From NCBI GenBank assembly GCA_965261395.1, contig OZ253462.1:2048001-2112000 (forward strand): DNA of 64,000 nt. Direction: 5' to 3'. The notes under the pieces were generated by a model that was given only the letters and a program-made list of their open reading frames with translations, was not told where the DNA came from and searched no databases. The position numbers were made by a program, and so were the translations under genes. Positions 26,380 to 36,186 of the stretch are shown here, in pieces (the first letter of the stretch is position 1; every line of letters begins with the position of its first letter). The DNA comes from Candidatus Latescibacterota bacterium (GTDB lineage: Bacteria; Latescibacterota; UBA2968; UBA8231).

Positions 26380-27460
26380 GTCCCGACGCGAAGTGCAGGC
26401 TCTCCTCGCGCTGAGCCAAGCCGAGCCGCCTAGGCGCGTGCGGCGTTTGCTCGCCCACTTTGGCTCGGCGCAAGAGGCCCTCGCCGCCGCAGATTGGACT
26501 GCGGCCGTGGGGGTCAACGCGCCCGAGCAGCGTCCGACGCAGGCCGACTTCGCTTGGGCCGCCGAGCAGTGGCAACGGCTCTGCGCGGCCGGCGGGCGCT
26601 GCCTAGCCCCGGGGGACGCGGACTATCCCCAACTACTGGGCCAAATCGCCGCGCCGCCCCCCGTGCTGTTTGCGCTGGGGCCGGACGACTTGGCCCCTCC
26701 TATCGTGGCCATCGTCGGCTCGCGCAAGGCATCGGACAGTGGCAAGCTGATCGCCGGCGAGCTGGCCCGCGGCCTAGTAGCTCAAGGCATCTGCATCGTC
26801 AGCGGTATGGCTTTCGGCATTGACGCAGCCGCCCACGCGGCCGCGCTCGCGGCTGGCGGACGCACCATCGCCGTGCTAGGCTGCGGGGCCGACGTGCCCT
26901 ATCCCCGCGCCCACACCCAACTCTACCGCCAAATCCGCGAGCGGGGGGCCATCATCTCCGAGTTTGCTTGGGGGGCGCAGCCGGAGCGGGGAGCCTTCCC
27001 GCGCCGCAACCGCATCATCAGCGGGCTGAGCTTGGGGGTAGTCATCGTCGAGGCCCCGCAAAAGAGTGGAGCACTGATCACAGTCCAACACGCACTCGAT
27101 CAAAACCGCGAGGTCTTCGCCGTGCCCGGGGACGTGCGCTCGGGCCGCAACGCAGGCTGCCACCAGCTCATCAAAGACGGGGCCAAGTTGGTCGAGGACG
27201 TGGAGGACGTGCTAGAGGAATTGACCATGTGGGCAGCACCGCACCCGCAAAACGCGCCCGTGCCCGCGCCCGCGCCCGATCTTCCCCCAGAGGACGAGAG
27301 CGTCTATGCCCTGCTCTCGCGCCAACCCCGGCACATCGACGAACTCGCCCAAGACAGCGCCCTGCCGCCCGCGACCCTGCTCGACGTGCTGCTGAGGTTG
27401 GAACTCGACGGGCTAGTCGATCAACTCGCGGGCAAGCGATTTTTGCGGCGAGCGGGGTAA
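26372..27460 (+). CDS. dprA: DNA-processing protein DprA
   Basis: AIVGSR, IVSGMAFGIDAAAH, FPRRNRIISGLS, SGALIT, REVFAVPG, LIKDGAKLV. Confidence 0.96.
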   Translation: MPESRREVQALLALSQAEPPRRVRRLLAHFGSAQEALAAADWTAAVGVNAPEQRPTQADFAWAAEQWQRLCAAGGRCLAPGDADYPQLLGQIAAPPPVLFALGPDDLAPPIVAIVGSRKASDSGKLIAGELARGLVAQGICIVSGMAFGIDAAAHAAALAAGGRTIAVLGCGADVPYPRAHTQLYRQIRERGAIISEFAWGAQPERGAFPRRNRIISGLSLGVVIVEAPQKSGALITVQHALDQNREVFAVPGDVRSGRNAGCHQLIKDGAKLVEDVEDVLEELTMWAAPHPQNAPVPAPAPDLPPEDESVYALLSRQPRHIDELAQDSALPPATLLDVLLRLELDGLVDQLAGKRFLRRAG

Positions 27461-27576
27461 TCCTCCACAAGCACCAGCGGACCTATAGCCCCCGCCACCA
27501 TTTATACGATTATCGGCCGATGAACGCCGATGCATCTCCTACCTACACGGCTTTGCCGGTAACAGATTTTTCGACG

Positions 27577-27714
27577 CTAGTCGTCCGAGTCCCCTATCTG
27601 CAACGGTTCGTCGCGGTGGGATTTATCTTGAAAAAAAGGCCGCGCTAAACGCCACAGTACGTACGCTCCGGCGAGCGCAGCAACGGCGACGGCCACCGGC
27701 GTTTGCCAGTCCAT
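27577..27714 (-). CDS. Small FeoB-associated membrane protein (45 aa)
   Basis: MDWQTPVAVAVAALAGAYVLWRL TM helix immediately after the feoB stop. Confidence 0.65.
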   Translation of the reverse strand: MDWQTPVAVAVAALAGAYVLWRLARPFFQDKSHRDEPLQIGDSDD

Positions 27715-27715
27715 T

Positions 27716-29848
27716 TCAAAAACCCAAGGCCGTGCCGACTTGGTAGGTCGCCAGCGCGCCGACATAAGCGAGGGTCGTCATATAGCCAAAGCTGAGCAGA
27801 GACCAGCGATAGGAGCCGGTCTCTTTTTGGATGACGACCAAGGTCGACAGGCACTGAGCGCAGAGGGCGAAGAAGACCATTATCGACAGCGCGACCGGCA
27901 GGGTGTAAATCGGGCGGCCATCCGGCCAAGTAGCGGCGACCAAGGTCGTGCGCAGGCTCTCGGAGCCTTCGTCCTCGCCCGCGCCGAGGCTGTAGATGGT
28001 GCCCAAGGCCGAGATGATGACTTCGCGGGCCGGGAAAGAGGCGATGACCGCCATGCCGATGCGCCAATCCCATCCTAAAGGACGCACGACCGGCGCAACC
28101 CAATGCCCGGCTTGGCCGAGATAGCTGTTTTCTACCAGTTCGGCCGCCTGGCGCTTTTCCAAGGCGTCGAGGACTGCGGGCGCAACCGCTTGGCGCTCGA
28201 CTTGGTGGCGCTCGACCACGACTTCCGAGCGCGGAAAGTACGCCAGCGCCCACATCGCAATCGTCGTCGCCAAGATGAGACTACCCGCGCGAACGACAAA
28301 GGCCCGGCTGCTGTGGTACACGCGCAGCAGCACGGTGCGCAGATCGGGCGTCTTATAGGAAGGCAGCTCCAGCAGAAAGGGCGGGGGATCGCCGCTGAGC
28401 AAGGTCCGCTTGAGCAACCAAGCCACCGGAATGGCGACGAGTGCGCCGAGGCAATAGAAGGCGAGCAGGGTCAGAGCCTGCAAGCCGATGATCCCACCCC
28501 ACAGCGAGTGGTCTGGGACAAAGGCCCCTATAAAAAGCACGTACACCGGCAGGCGCGCCGAACAGCTCATCAGCGGCGCGACCAAGATGGTGGCAAAGCG
28601 GTCGCGCTGATCTTCAATGGTGCGGGTGGCCATGATACCCGGAACGGCGCAGGCAAAACTGGACAGCAGGGGCATGAAGGCCGTGCCAGAAAGCCCGACG
28701 CGGGTCAGCAGCCGATCCATCAACAGCGCGGCTCGGGCCATGTAGCCGCTGTCTTCGAGCAGGGCAATAAAAAAGAACAAGATGGCGATCTGCGGCAGGA
28801 AGATGAGCACGCCGCCAACGCCGGCGATGAGGCCATCGACGACGAGGCTTTGCAGGGGGCCGGGGGGGATGAGCGCCGCGGCGCGGGTGCCGCAGAAGGC
28901 AAAGATCGCGTCAACGCCATCCATCAGCGGCCCGGACCAAGTGTAAATGGCTTCGAAGACCAAGACGTTGACCAGCACAAAAATCGCCACGCCGAAGAGG
29001 CGGTGCGCGAGAATGCGGTCGGCCCGATCCGAGCGGCGCTCCTCTAGACAGCTAGGCTGGGAAATCGCATGTGAGAGCAGGCCGTCGATCCAAGCATAGC
29101 GGGCGTTGCTTTCTAGCTCGGAGAGTGAATCCGCGCCGGCCGAGCGCAGAGTGTGCAAGCGGTCCGCGGTGCCATCACCAGCTAACGCCAACAAGCGGCG
29201 CTCGGCATAGCCATCTTCATCGACTAGGGCGCGCAGGGCCTCTATTGGGGAGAGCGGCACCGAGACCGTGGCTTGCAGCTCGGCAGTGGCGCGCTGAAGC
29301 TGGTCGGGCAGTTCCATCCGCTGCGACCGCGCGGGCGCTGGATCCGCGCTTAAGGCCGCCAAGGTGCACCGCAGCTCGTCCAACCCCTGCCGGCGATGGG
29401 CGCAGATAGGCACCACCGGCGCGCCGAGCGCCTCAGACAAGGCACTGGCATCAATGCTAATACCCCGCCGGGTTGCTATGTCCCCCATATTGAGGGCCAC
29501 GACCAAGGGCACGTCTATTTCCGCGAGTTGGGAAACCAAGTAGAGGTTGCGCCGCAGGTTGCTGGCATCGACGACCGCCAAGATGCCATCTATGGGCGGC
29601 GCGTCTTGCTGTTGGCCCAAGAGCACGTCAATGGCCAGCATCTCGTCGGGTGAGTGCGCAGCGAGGCTATAGGTACCAGGCAGATCGATGAGATCTAGCG
29701 CGTCTCCCCGATCCAGCGTCAGGGTCCCCACCTTGTGTTCCACGGTGACGCCCGGGTAGTTACCGGCGCGCTGCGCAAGGCCGGTCAGGGCATTGAAAAG
29801 CGTGGTCTTGCCCGTGTTGGGGTTACCAATAAGTGCGAGAGTCCGCAC
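27716..29848 (-). CDS. feoB: Ferrous iron transporter B
   Basis: GNPNTGKTT, NYPGVTVE, DLPGTYSL, LEDSGYMAR, PLMSCSARLPVY. Confidence 0.98.
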   Translation of the reverse strand: MRTLALIGNPNTGKTTLFNALTGLAQRAGNYPGVTVEHKVGTLTLDRGDALDLIDLPGTYSLAAHSPDEMLAIDVLLGQQQDAPPIDGILAVVDASNLRRNLYLVSQLAEIDVPLVVALNMGDIATRRGISIDASALSEALGAPVVPICAHRRQGLDELRCTLAALSADPAPARSQRMELPDQLQRATAELQATVSVPLSPIEALRALVDEDGYAERRLLALAGDGTADRLHTLRSAGADSLSELESNARYAWIDGLLSHAISQPSCLEERRSDRADRILAHRLFGVAIFVLVNVLVFEAIYTWSGPLMDGVDAIFAFCGTRAAALIPPGPLQSLVVDGLIAGVGGVLIFLPQIAILFFFIALLEDSGYMARAALLMDRLLTRVGLSGTAFMPLLSSFACAVPGIMATRTIEDQRDRFATILVAPLMSCSARLPVYVLFIGAFVPDHSLWGGIIGLQALTLLAFYCLGALVAIPVAWLLKRTLLSGDPPPFLLELPSYKTPDLRTVLLRVYHSSRAFVVRAGSLILATTIAMWALAYFPRSEVVVERHQVERQAVAPAVLDALEKRQAAELVENSYLGQAGHWVAPVVRPLGWDWRIGMAVIASFPAREVIISALGTIYSLGAGEDEGSESLRTTLVAATWPDGRPIYTLPVALSIMVFFALCAQCLSTLVVIQKETGSYRWSLLSFGYMTTLAYVGALATYQVGTALGF

Positions 29849-29873
29849 ACAGGACCTACTGAGCAGGAAAAAA

Positions 29874-30125
29874 CTAGGGGACTAGGCGGATGGCAGCAGC
29901 ATCTCGACGCCGGAGCGCGAGGCGGGTCTGTCCTATTTGGACGATGAGCGCGGTCCCCGAGCGCAACACGCGCAGGTGTTCGCCGGGCAAAAAGCCCAAT
30001 TCGCGCAAGCGGGCGGCCAAGCGGGCGGGGGCCGAGATTTCGGCGACGACGGCTTCGCTGTGCCGCGGCAGTTGCGACAAGTCGAGTGGGGAGTCTGATG
30101 TGCAGGACGTTTTGCGATCTTCCAC
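29874..30125 (-). CDS. feoA: Ferrous iron transport protein A
   Basis: RLRELGFLPG..LRV, LALRR..A; directly upstream of feoB. Confidence 0.85.
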   Translation of the reverse strand: MEDRKTSCTSDSPLDLSQLPRHSEAVVAEISAPARLAARLRELGFLPGEHLRVLRSGTALIVQIGQTRLALRRRDAAAIRLVP

Positions 30126-30228
30126 GCGATAGCTCCGGCTAGATTGGCTACGGGAATAAGTGTTTAAGCTGCCAATGGGCTGTTCTGTATGTCAAACTTT
30201 TGTAAATATAGTCAACCGGAGAGCGGTA

Positions 30229-30270
30229 CGTCAATGTGTTTTTTTACAAGATTGTAAAAAAATGTTGACG
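30229..30270. promoter_or_regulatory. AT-rich palindrome upstream of feoA, candidate metal-regulator operator
   Basis: CGTCAA-TGTG-TTTTTTTACAA-GA-TTGTAAAAAAA-TG-TTGACG. Confidence 0.5.
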
Positions 30271-30307
30271 GGCTAAAATAACCGATGACACCCGAGCTTC
30301 TTAAGCA

Positions 30308-30391
30308 GAGATGCTTCGACTTCGCTCAGCATGACAGGGGCTAAAGTGGTCCTTCCTTGTCCTGCTGAGCGCAGCGCAGTCGAAGCATCTA
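30308..30391. repeat. Inverted pair of REP-like elements
   Basis: GAGATGCTTCGACTTCGCTCAGCATGACA ... TGTCCTGCTGAGCGCAGCGCAGTCGAAGCATCTA. Confidence 0.7.
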
Positions 30392-30516
30392 TAGACCTAC
30401 CAATGCCTATCCCACAGGCCCCGACGATGCGTAACATCAGTTATTCGACAAGCGATGAGGCGTTGCTCATCTTAGTCCGATCTACAAAATGCGGTTTTAC
30501 AGAAAGCTGGGAGACC

Positions 30517-31395
30517 ATGACAAAATGTATTATAGGGGCGATGTTGCTCGGCGCGGCCCAAGTGGGGGCGGTGGATTTTTACGCGCATTGGGCCGATGGG
30601 AAGGCCGAGCTCTCTAGCTACGAGGTGGTCCAGCCGCGCTACGGCGAGCTGCGGCAGGGGTATGGGGTGATGATTTTCGTGACTGAGAGCCTGCACCGGC
30701 CGACCTTCATCAAGGTCGATTCGCCGACGCCGGAGGCCGACCAATTCTACGCGCTCAAGCTCAATCACATCCTCCAGTTTACGACCGGGGTCTACGACTA
30801 TTCGGTAATGACTTCGGTTTTCAGCCAAGTGGCGGGCGAGCAGCATCCCTTTGAGCTGCGGCGCATTTCGTTCAGCGCGCAAGAGTGGTGCGGGCAGGTC
30901 TTTGACGAGGCCCTGTTCCGCAACGGGCAGATCAACGGACACATCAGCAGCTATTTTGCCAGCGAGGGCCGGGGCACCTATCAGCTAAAACAGCCCGAGC
31001 ACTTCGCGAGCGAGGATCATCTGCTGATCCGCATCCGAGAGCTACAAGGGCCGTTTATGGCTCTGGGCGAGGTGCGAGAGGTGGAGGTGCTGCCGAGCTT
31101 TTGGCAGCTTCGGCAGGCGCATCAACCCCATGCGACCGTGGCCGGGCAGATCCACAAGGTCGCCGAGGAGCAGATTGAGACGGCAGCCGGCGCACTGGCC
31201 AGCGTGCGGTGGGAACTGCACATTGGCCAGCGGCAGCGGACCTTGTGGACGGAAACAACCTATCCGCATCGGATTCTGCGCTGGGAGGACGGCGATGGGG
31301 GGCGCGGCGAATTGATGCGGACGATGCGGGTGCCCTACTGGCAATTGCAGGCCAACGCCGACGAGGTGTACCGGCGAGAACTGGGCATTCCCTGA
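30517..31395 (+). CDS. Secreted conserved hypothetical protein
   Basis: Signal peptide; W.DGKAELSSY....RYGELR.G, LKLN....F.TGVYDYS.MTS.F, QEWCG motifs. Confidence 0.75.
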   Translation: MTKCIIGAMLLGAAQVGAVDFYAHWADGKAELSSYEVVQPRYGELRQGYGVMIFVTESLHRPTFIKVDSPTPEADQFYALKLNHILQFTTGVYDYSVMTSVFSQVAGEQHPFELRRISFSAQEWCGQVFDEALFRNGQINGHISSYFASEGRGTYQLKQPEHFASEDHLLIRIRELQGPFMALGEVREVEVLPSFWQLRQAHQPHATVAGQIHKVAEEQIETAAGALASVRWELHIGQRQRTLWTETTYPHRILRWEDGDGGRGELMRTMRVPYWQLQANADEVYRRELGIP

Positions 31396-31417
31396 GAAGT
31401 AGCTAACAAGCGTCCCG

Positions 31418-33863
31418 TCACTCGACATTTCCTTCCATCGTCTCCAGCAGAGCCTCGCGGTTGGCACGTACGTTTTCTAGGGTCGGGTCCAGTGAAAGTG
31501 CTTGGTCGAAGCGTTGCAGCGCCTCGTCGTTTCTTCCCAAGAAGACGAGGGCGATGCCCATGTTGCTATAGGTCGCTGCGTCGTTAGGATGGAGGGCGAT
31601 GAGCCGCTGCAAGAGTTCCAGCATCTCACCGTAGCGCTGCTGTTGAGCACGCAGCGTGGCCAGCCAATGGAGCGCCTCCGCATAGTGCGGGTCCATCTCA
31701 AGCGTGTGTTCGTAGTATTCCGCCGCTGCCTCGGGTTGCTCTTTCTCCCGCGCAGTCTCCCCCATGAGAAAATGCAACTCGGCCGCTTGCGTTGAGTCCG
31801 GGGCCAATGCCGTCGCCTGCGCTATGAGGTCCATCGCTTCTTCGTAGCGTCCCTGTGGCGTGAGTAGCTCGATCAATTTCTGGAAAGAGTCAACAGGGTT
31901 GAGATCCAAAGCGCGGCGCAGAGGAGTTCCTGCCTCCTCAGAGCGTCCCAGCGCATTGAGAGCCAAGCCGAGGTTGAACATGGGCCAGTGCGAAATCCGG
32001 ACGCTGCTCTACGGCGACACGGGCGGCGTAGAGAGCTTCCTCATATCGGCCTTGATAGTATAGGGTCATGCCTAAGTTGAGGTGAACATGCTGTGTACGC
32101 GGATTGAGCGCGATGGCGCGGCGTAGATGGGCTTCTGCCTCCTCGAAATGACCCAACGCAGTCAAGGTGATGCCGAGGGTAGTATGCGCCTCAGCGAAGT
32201 CTGGGCGTTGCTCTACTGCGACGCGGGCGGCCTCAAGGGCCTCCTCGTATCGTCCCTGCTCGCACAGGGTATTGCCTAAGTTGAAGTGGGCGTTCTTTTC
32301 CTGCGGGTTGAGCGCGATGGCGCGGCGCAGATGGGCTTCGGCCTCCTCGAAACGACCCAGCGCATTGAGAATTGCGCCGACGTAGGCATGGGTCTTAGAG
32401 TAATCCGGGCGTTGCTCTACCGCGATGCGGGCCACCTCAAGGGCTTCCTCATATCGTGCCTGATTGTACAGGAGTATGCCTAAGTTGAGGTGGGCGTTCC
32501 GTGCCTGTGGGTTGAGCGCGATAATGTGGCGATTGAGGATTTCGTCGTCCCTCCAGATGTTCGCCTGTCGCCAAGTCAGCAACCCCAGCACAACGATAAC
32601 CACCGCCGCAACACCCAGCGCACCCTTTTGCCGCAAGCCGGACAGGCGACGCACCCCATAAGCAGCTGCGCCGATGACGACAGCCATAACCCCGATACCA
32701 GCGAGGTACTGAAAGCGGTCGGCGACAAAAGCATATTTCATATAGCCGTAATCGACGAAGCCCAACACCGGCGATAGCGTGACCGCAAAAAACAACGCCC
32801 CAGCCAGCGGTCCGCGCCCAAGCTGCCGCCGGAAGTGCCAGAGGGCCACCACCAACGCGCCAGCAGCAACGAGATACCCCCAAGCTAACGGGTCCGAGAC
32901 GCGGATGTCCCAACGCGGGTAGATGACGGCCAACTCCGACGGCCACAGCAGCTTGCCTGCATAAAACCATAGGGCACGAGCGGCGATAAGGATACGTTCC
33001 GTTAATGAGTAGTCAAAAGACGTAGATGCCCCAGACCGGTAAAACGACAAGTCGCCGACCGTGATGACTAGCCCTACCACGCAAAATGGCACTATCCGCA
33101 ACAAGTCAACCGAGGTCACGCGACCTTGTTTCCACCAATGCCAGATCAAAAATGCCGCTGGCAGCGTAATCGCGATGGACTTGCTCAGCATCGCCGCCGC
33201 ATACAACGCCAGCGAACACGCGTACCGCCGTGGATTCGGCTGCTCCACAAAGCGCATCCACGCCAGCGCCGCCGCAAGGTAAAACAAACCCGAAAGCACA
33301 TCCTTGCGCTCAATGATCCAAGCCACAGACTCCACATGCAGCGGATGCACGGCAAACACCGCGGCCACTACCCACGCACCGGGCACCGCTAACCGCCGCA
33401 GGAGGTGCCACAGCAGTAGGACATTCGCTAAGTGCAGCAGCACATTGACGACGTGATAGCCGGCTGGGGCATACCCCCACAGCTTGTGCTCCAGCCAGAA
33501 GGTCGTATAGACCAATGGCCAATAATGCCCCTCTTCTCCAATAGCGCTGGGGGAAAACCAGATTTTCCACAAACCCGATACTTCCTGCACCGGCTCGGAG
33601 TTGGTTATTATCCTGTCGTCCCAGACGAAGCCACCCCACAGCATCGCCGGCAGGTAGCTGACGACCACCAGCAAGCCGAGCGCAACAAAGGCCAGCACAT
33701 CCTGCCGCGAATAGGATGTCGCCGCTGTTAGGGGCGATGCAGTTTCAACCGTCTGCCTGGCTCTTGTGGAGTCGCGGGCCGCCTGCCGACGCTCTTGCCG
33801 CGACGGCGTGGATGGGGCCGACTGTTGGCTCGGCGTCTTTTCCGTGGGTCTTCTTTTGGCCAT
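31418..33863 (-). pseudogene. TMTC-like GT-C glycosyltransferase with TPR repeats, copy 1, frameshifted near 31979 (ORFs 31938-33863 and 31418-31981)
   Basis: FVWDD, HPLHVESVAW..ERKD, ADRFQY; the TPR consensus AH-FNLG continues in another frame; the joined C-terminus matches copy 2 (...REALLE.MEGNVE). Confidence 0.8.
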
Positions 33864-33922
33864 TTATCTACTGGTGTAGTTCGAAGGTTTTTGGGCCGCT
33901 AACGTGTATCGCAATGTTGAAG

Positions 33923-36160
33923 TCACTCGACATTTCCTTCCATCGCCTCCAGCAGAGCCTCGCGATTGGCACGCGCTTCCTCCATGGTAGGATCGAGTGA
34001 GAACGCTTGGTCAAAGCGTTGCAGCGCCTCGTCGTTTCTGCCCAAGAAGGCGAGGGTGATGCCCATGTTGCTATAGGTCGCTGCGTCGTTAGGCCGGATT
34101 TCGATGATCCGCTGAAAAAGTTCCAGCGCCTCGTCGTAGCGTTGCTGCTCTAACCTCAGAAAGGCTAGCCTACGGATAGTTTTCGTATGGCGGCGTGGGT
34201 CTATCTCGAAGGCACGTATGTAGTATTCTGTCGCCGCCTCGGGTTGCCCGTTCTCCTCGGCTGCCTGCCCCATGAGAAAATGCAACTTGGCTGCCCGCGG
34301 CGAGGCCGGGTCCAATACGACCGCCTGCGCTAGAGCATCAATGGCTTCTTCGTAGCGTCCTTGTGGCGTGAGGACCTCGGCTAACTTCTGGAAAAGGTCC
34401 ACATCTTGCGAGTCGAGTGCGATGGCGTGGCGCAGATGGGTTTCTGCCTCCTCGTAGCGTCCCAACTCACTGAGACCTGCGCCGAGATTGATATGGGCCT
34501 TAAAGTAATCCGGGGCTTGCTCTATGGCGGCGCGGTACGCGGCGACAGCTTCCTCATATCGTCCCTGATCATACAGTAGCGTGCCTAAATTGAGGTGGCG
34601 GTGCTCTGCCCTTGGGTTGAGCGCGACGGCGCGACGCAGGTGTTTCTCCGCTTCCTCAAAGCGTCCCAGCCTACGGAGCACCAGACCGAGGATGGAATGT
34701 GCCTTAGCGTCGTCTGGGCGTTGTTCTACCGCGACGCGGTACGCGGCGACGGCATCCTCATACAGCTCCTGATTACGCAGTGCCATGCCTAAGTTGAGGT
34801 GGACGTTCCGTGCCTGTGGGTTGAGCGCGATAATGTGACGATTGAAGGTTTCGTCGTCCTGATAAATACTTGCCTGACGCCAAGTCAGTACACCCAGCAT
34901 AACGAGCACCACTGCCGCACCGCCCAGCGCACCCTTCTGCCACAAGCCTGGCAGAAGACGGACGCCATAGGTGGTCGCACCGATGACTACGGCCATAACC
35001 CCGATACCAGCAAGATATTGAAAGCGATCAGCGACAAAAGCATACTGCATATAGCCATGATCGACGAAGCCCAACACCGGCGACAACGTCACCACAAAAA
35101 ACAACGCCCCGGCCAGTGGTCCGCGCCCAAGTTGCAGCCGGAAGTGCCAGAGAGCTGCCGCCAGCGCAAAAGCAGCGATGAGATACCCCCAAGCCAGCGG
35201 GTCCGCGACGCGGATGTCCCAAAGCGGGTAGATGACGGCCAACTCAGACGGCCACAGCAGCTTACCTGCATAAAACCACAGGGCACGGGCGACGATGAGC
35301 ATCCGTTCCGTTAATGAATAGTCGAAAAACATCTCCTGCACAGACCAGTAGAACAACAAATCACCGGACGTGATGACCAGCCCTACCATACAAAACGGTA
35401 CTAGCCGCAACAGGTCGGTTGAAGTCACTCGGCCTTGTTTCCACCAAGGCCAAATCAAAAGCGCCGCCGGCAGCGTAACCACGATGGACTTGCTCAGTAG
35501 ACCTGCCGCATATAACGCCAGTGAACACACATACCACCGCAGATTTGTCTGCTCCACAAAGCGCATCCACGCCAACACCGCCGTAAAGTAAAGCAAGCCC
35601 GAAAGCACATCCTTCCGCTCGATAATCCAAGCCACCGACTCCACGTGCAAAGGATGCACGGCAAACACCGCGGCTATCACCCACGCGCCGGGCACCACTA
35701 ACCGACGTAGGAGATGCCACAGCAGCAGCGTATTCGCTAGGTGCAGCAACACATTGACGATGTGATAGCCCGCCGGGTTAAACCCCCATAGCTTGTGCTC
35801 CAGCCAGAAGGTCGTATAGACCAAAGGCCAATAGTGCTTCTCTCTTTCAATATCGCTCGGAGAGAACCAGATTTGCCACAGACCGGATACTTCTCGGACC
35901 GGATCAACCTTAATGCATGTGTGGTCGTCCCAGACGAAACCACCCCACAGCATCGCCGGCAGGTAGCTGACGACCACCAGCAGGCCGAGCGCGAGAAGAG
36001 CCAGCATGTCCCCCCGCGAGAAGCCGCCAGAGGGCGGCGGCTCAACCGTCTGCCTAGCTCTTGCGTCGTCGCGAGCCGCCTGCCTGCGCTCCTGCCGCGT
36101 GGGCTTGGATGGGGCCGGTCGTTGGCGTGGAGTCTTTTCCGTCGGTCTTCTTTTGGCCAT
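33923..36160 (-). CDS. TMTC-like GT-C glycosyltransferase (putative protein O-mannosyltransferase) with TPR repeats, copy 2
   Basis: Multi-TM N-terminus with FVWDD, YWPL, FAVHPLHVESVAWIIERKD, LLSK, ADRFQYL; C-terminal TPR array. Confidence 0.85.
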   Translation of the reverse strand: MAKRRPTEKTPRQRPAPSKPTRQERRQAARDDARARQTVEPPPSGGFSRGDMLALLALGLLVVVSYLPAMLWGGFVWDDHTCIKVDPVREVSGLWQIWFSPSDIEREKHYWPLVYTTFWLEHKLWGFNPAGYHIVNVLLHLANTLLLWHLLRRLVVPGAWVIAAVFAVHPLHVESVAWIIERKDVLSGLLYFTAVLAWMRFVEQTNLRWYVCSLALYAAGLLSKSIVVTLPAALLIWPWWKQGRVTSTDLLRLVPFCMVGLVITSGDLLFYWSVQEMFFDYSLTERMLIVARALWFYAGKLLWPSELAVIYPLWDIRVADPLAWGYLIAAFALAAALWHFRLQLGRGPLAGALFFVVTLSPVLGFVDHGYMQYAFVADRFQYLAGIGVMAVVIGATTYGVRLLPGLWQKGALGGAAVVLVMLGVLTWRQASIYQDDETFNRHIIALNPQARNVHLNLGMALRNQELYEDAVAAYRVAVEQRPDDAKAHSILGLVLRRLGRFEEAEKHLRRAVALNPRAEHRHLNLGTLLYDQGRYEEAVAAYRAAIEQAPDYFKAHINLGAGLSELGRYEEAETHLRHAIALDSQDVDLFQKLAEVLTPQGRYEEAIDALAQAVVLDPASPRAAKLHFLMGQAAEENGQPEAATEYYIRAFEIDPRRHTKTIRRLAFLRLEQQRYDEALELFQRIIEIRPNDAATYSNMGITLAFLGRNDEALQRFDQAFSLDPTMEEARANREALLEAMEGNVE

Positions 36161-36186
36161 TTAACAACTCATGGATTCTATTGTAG

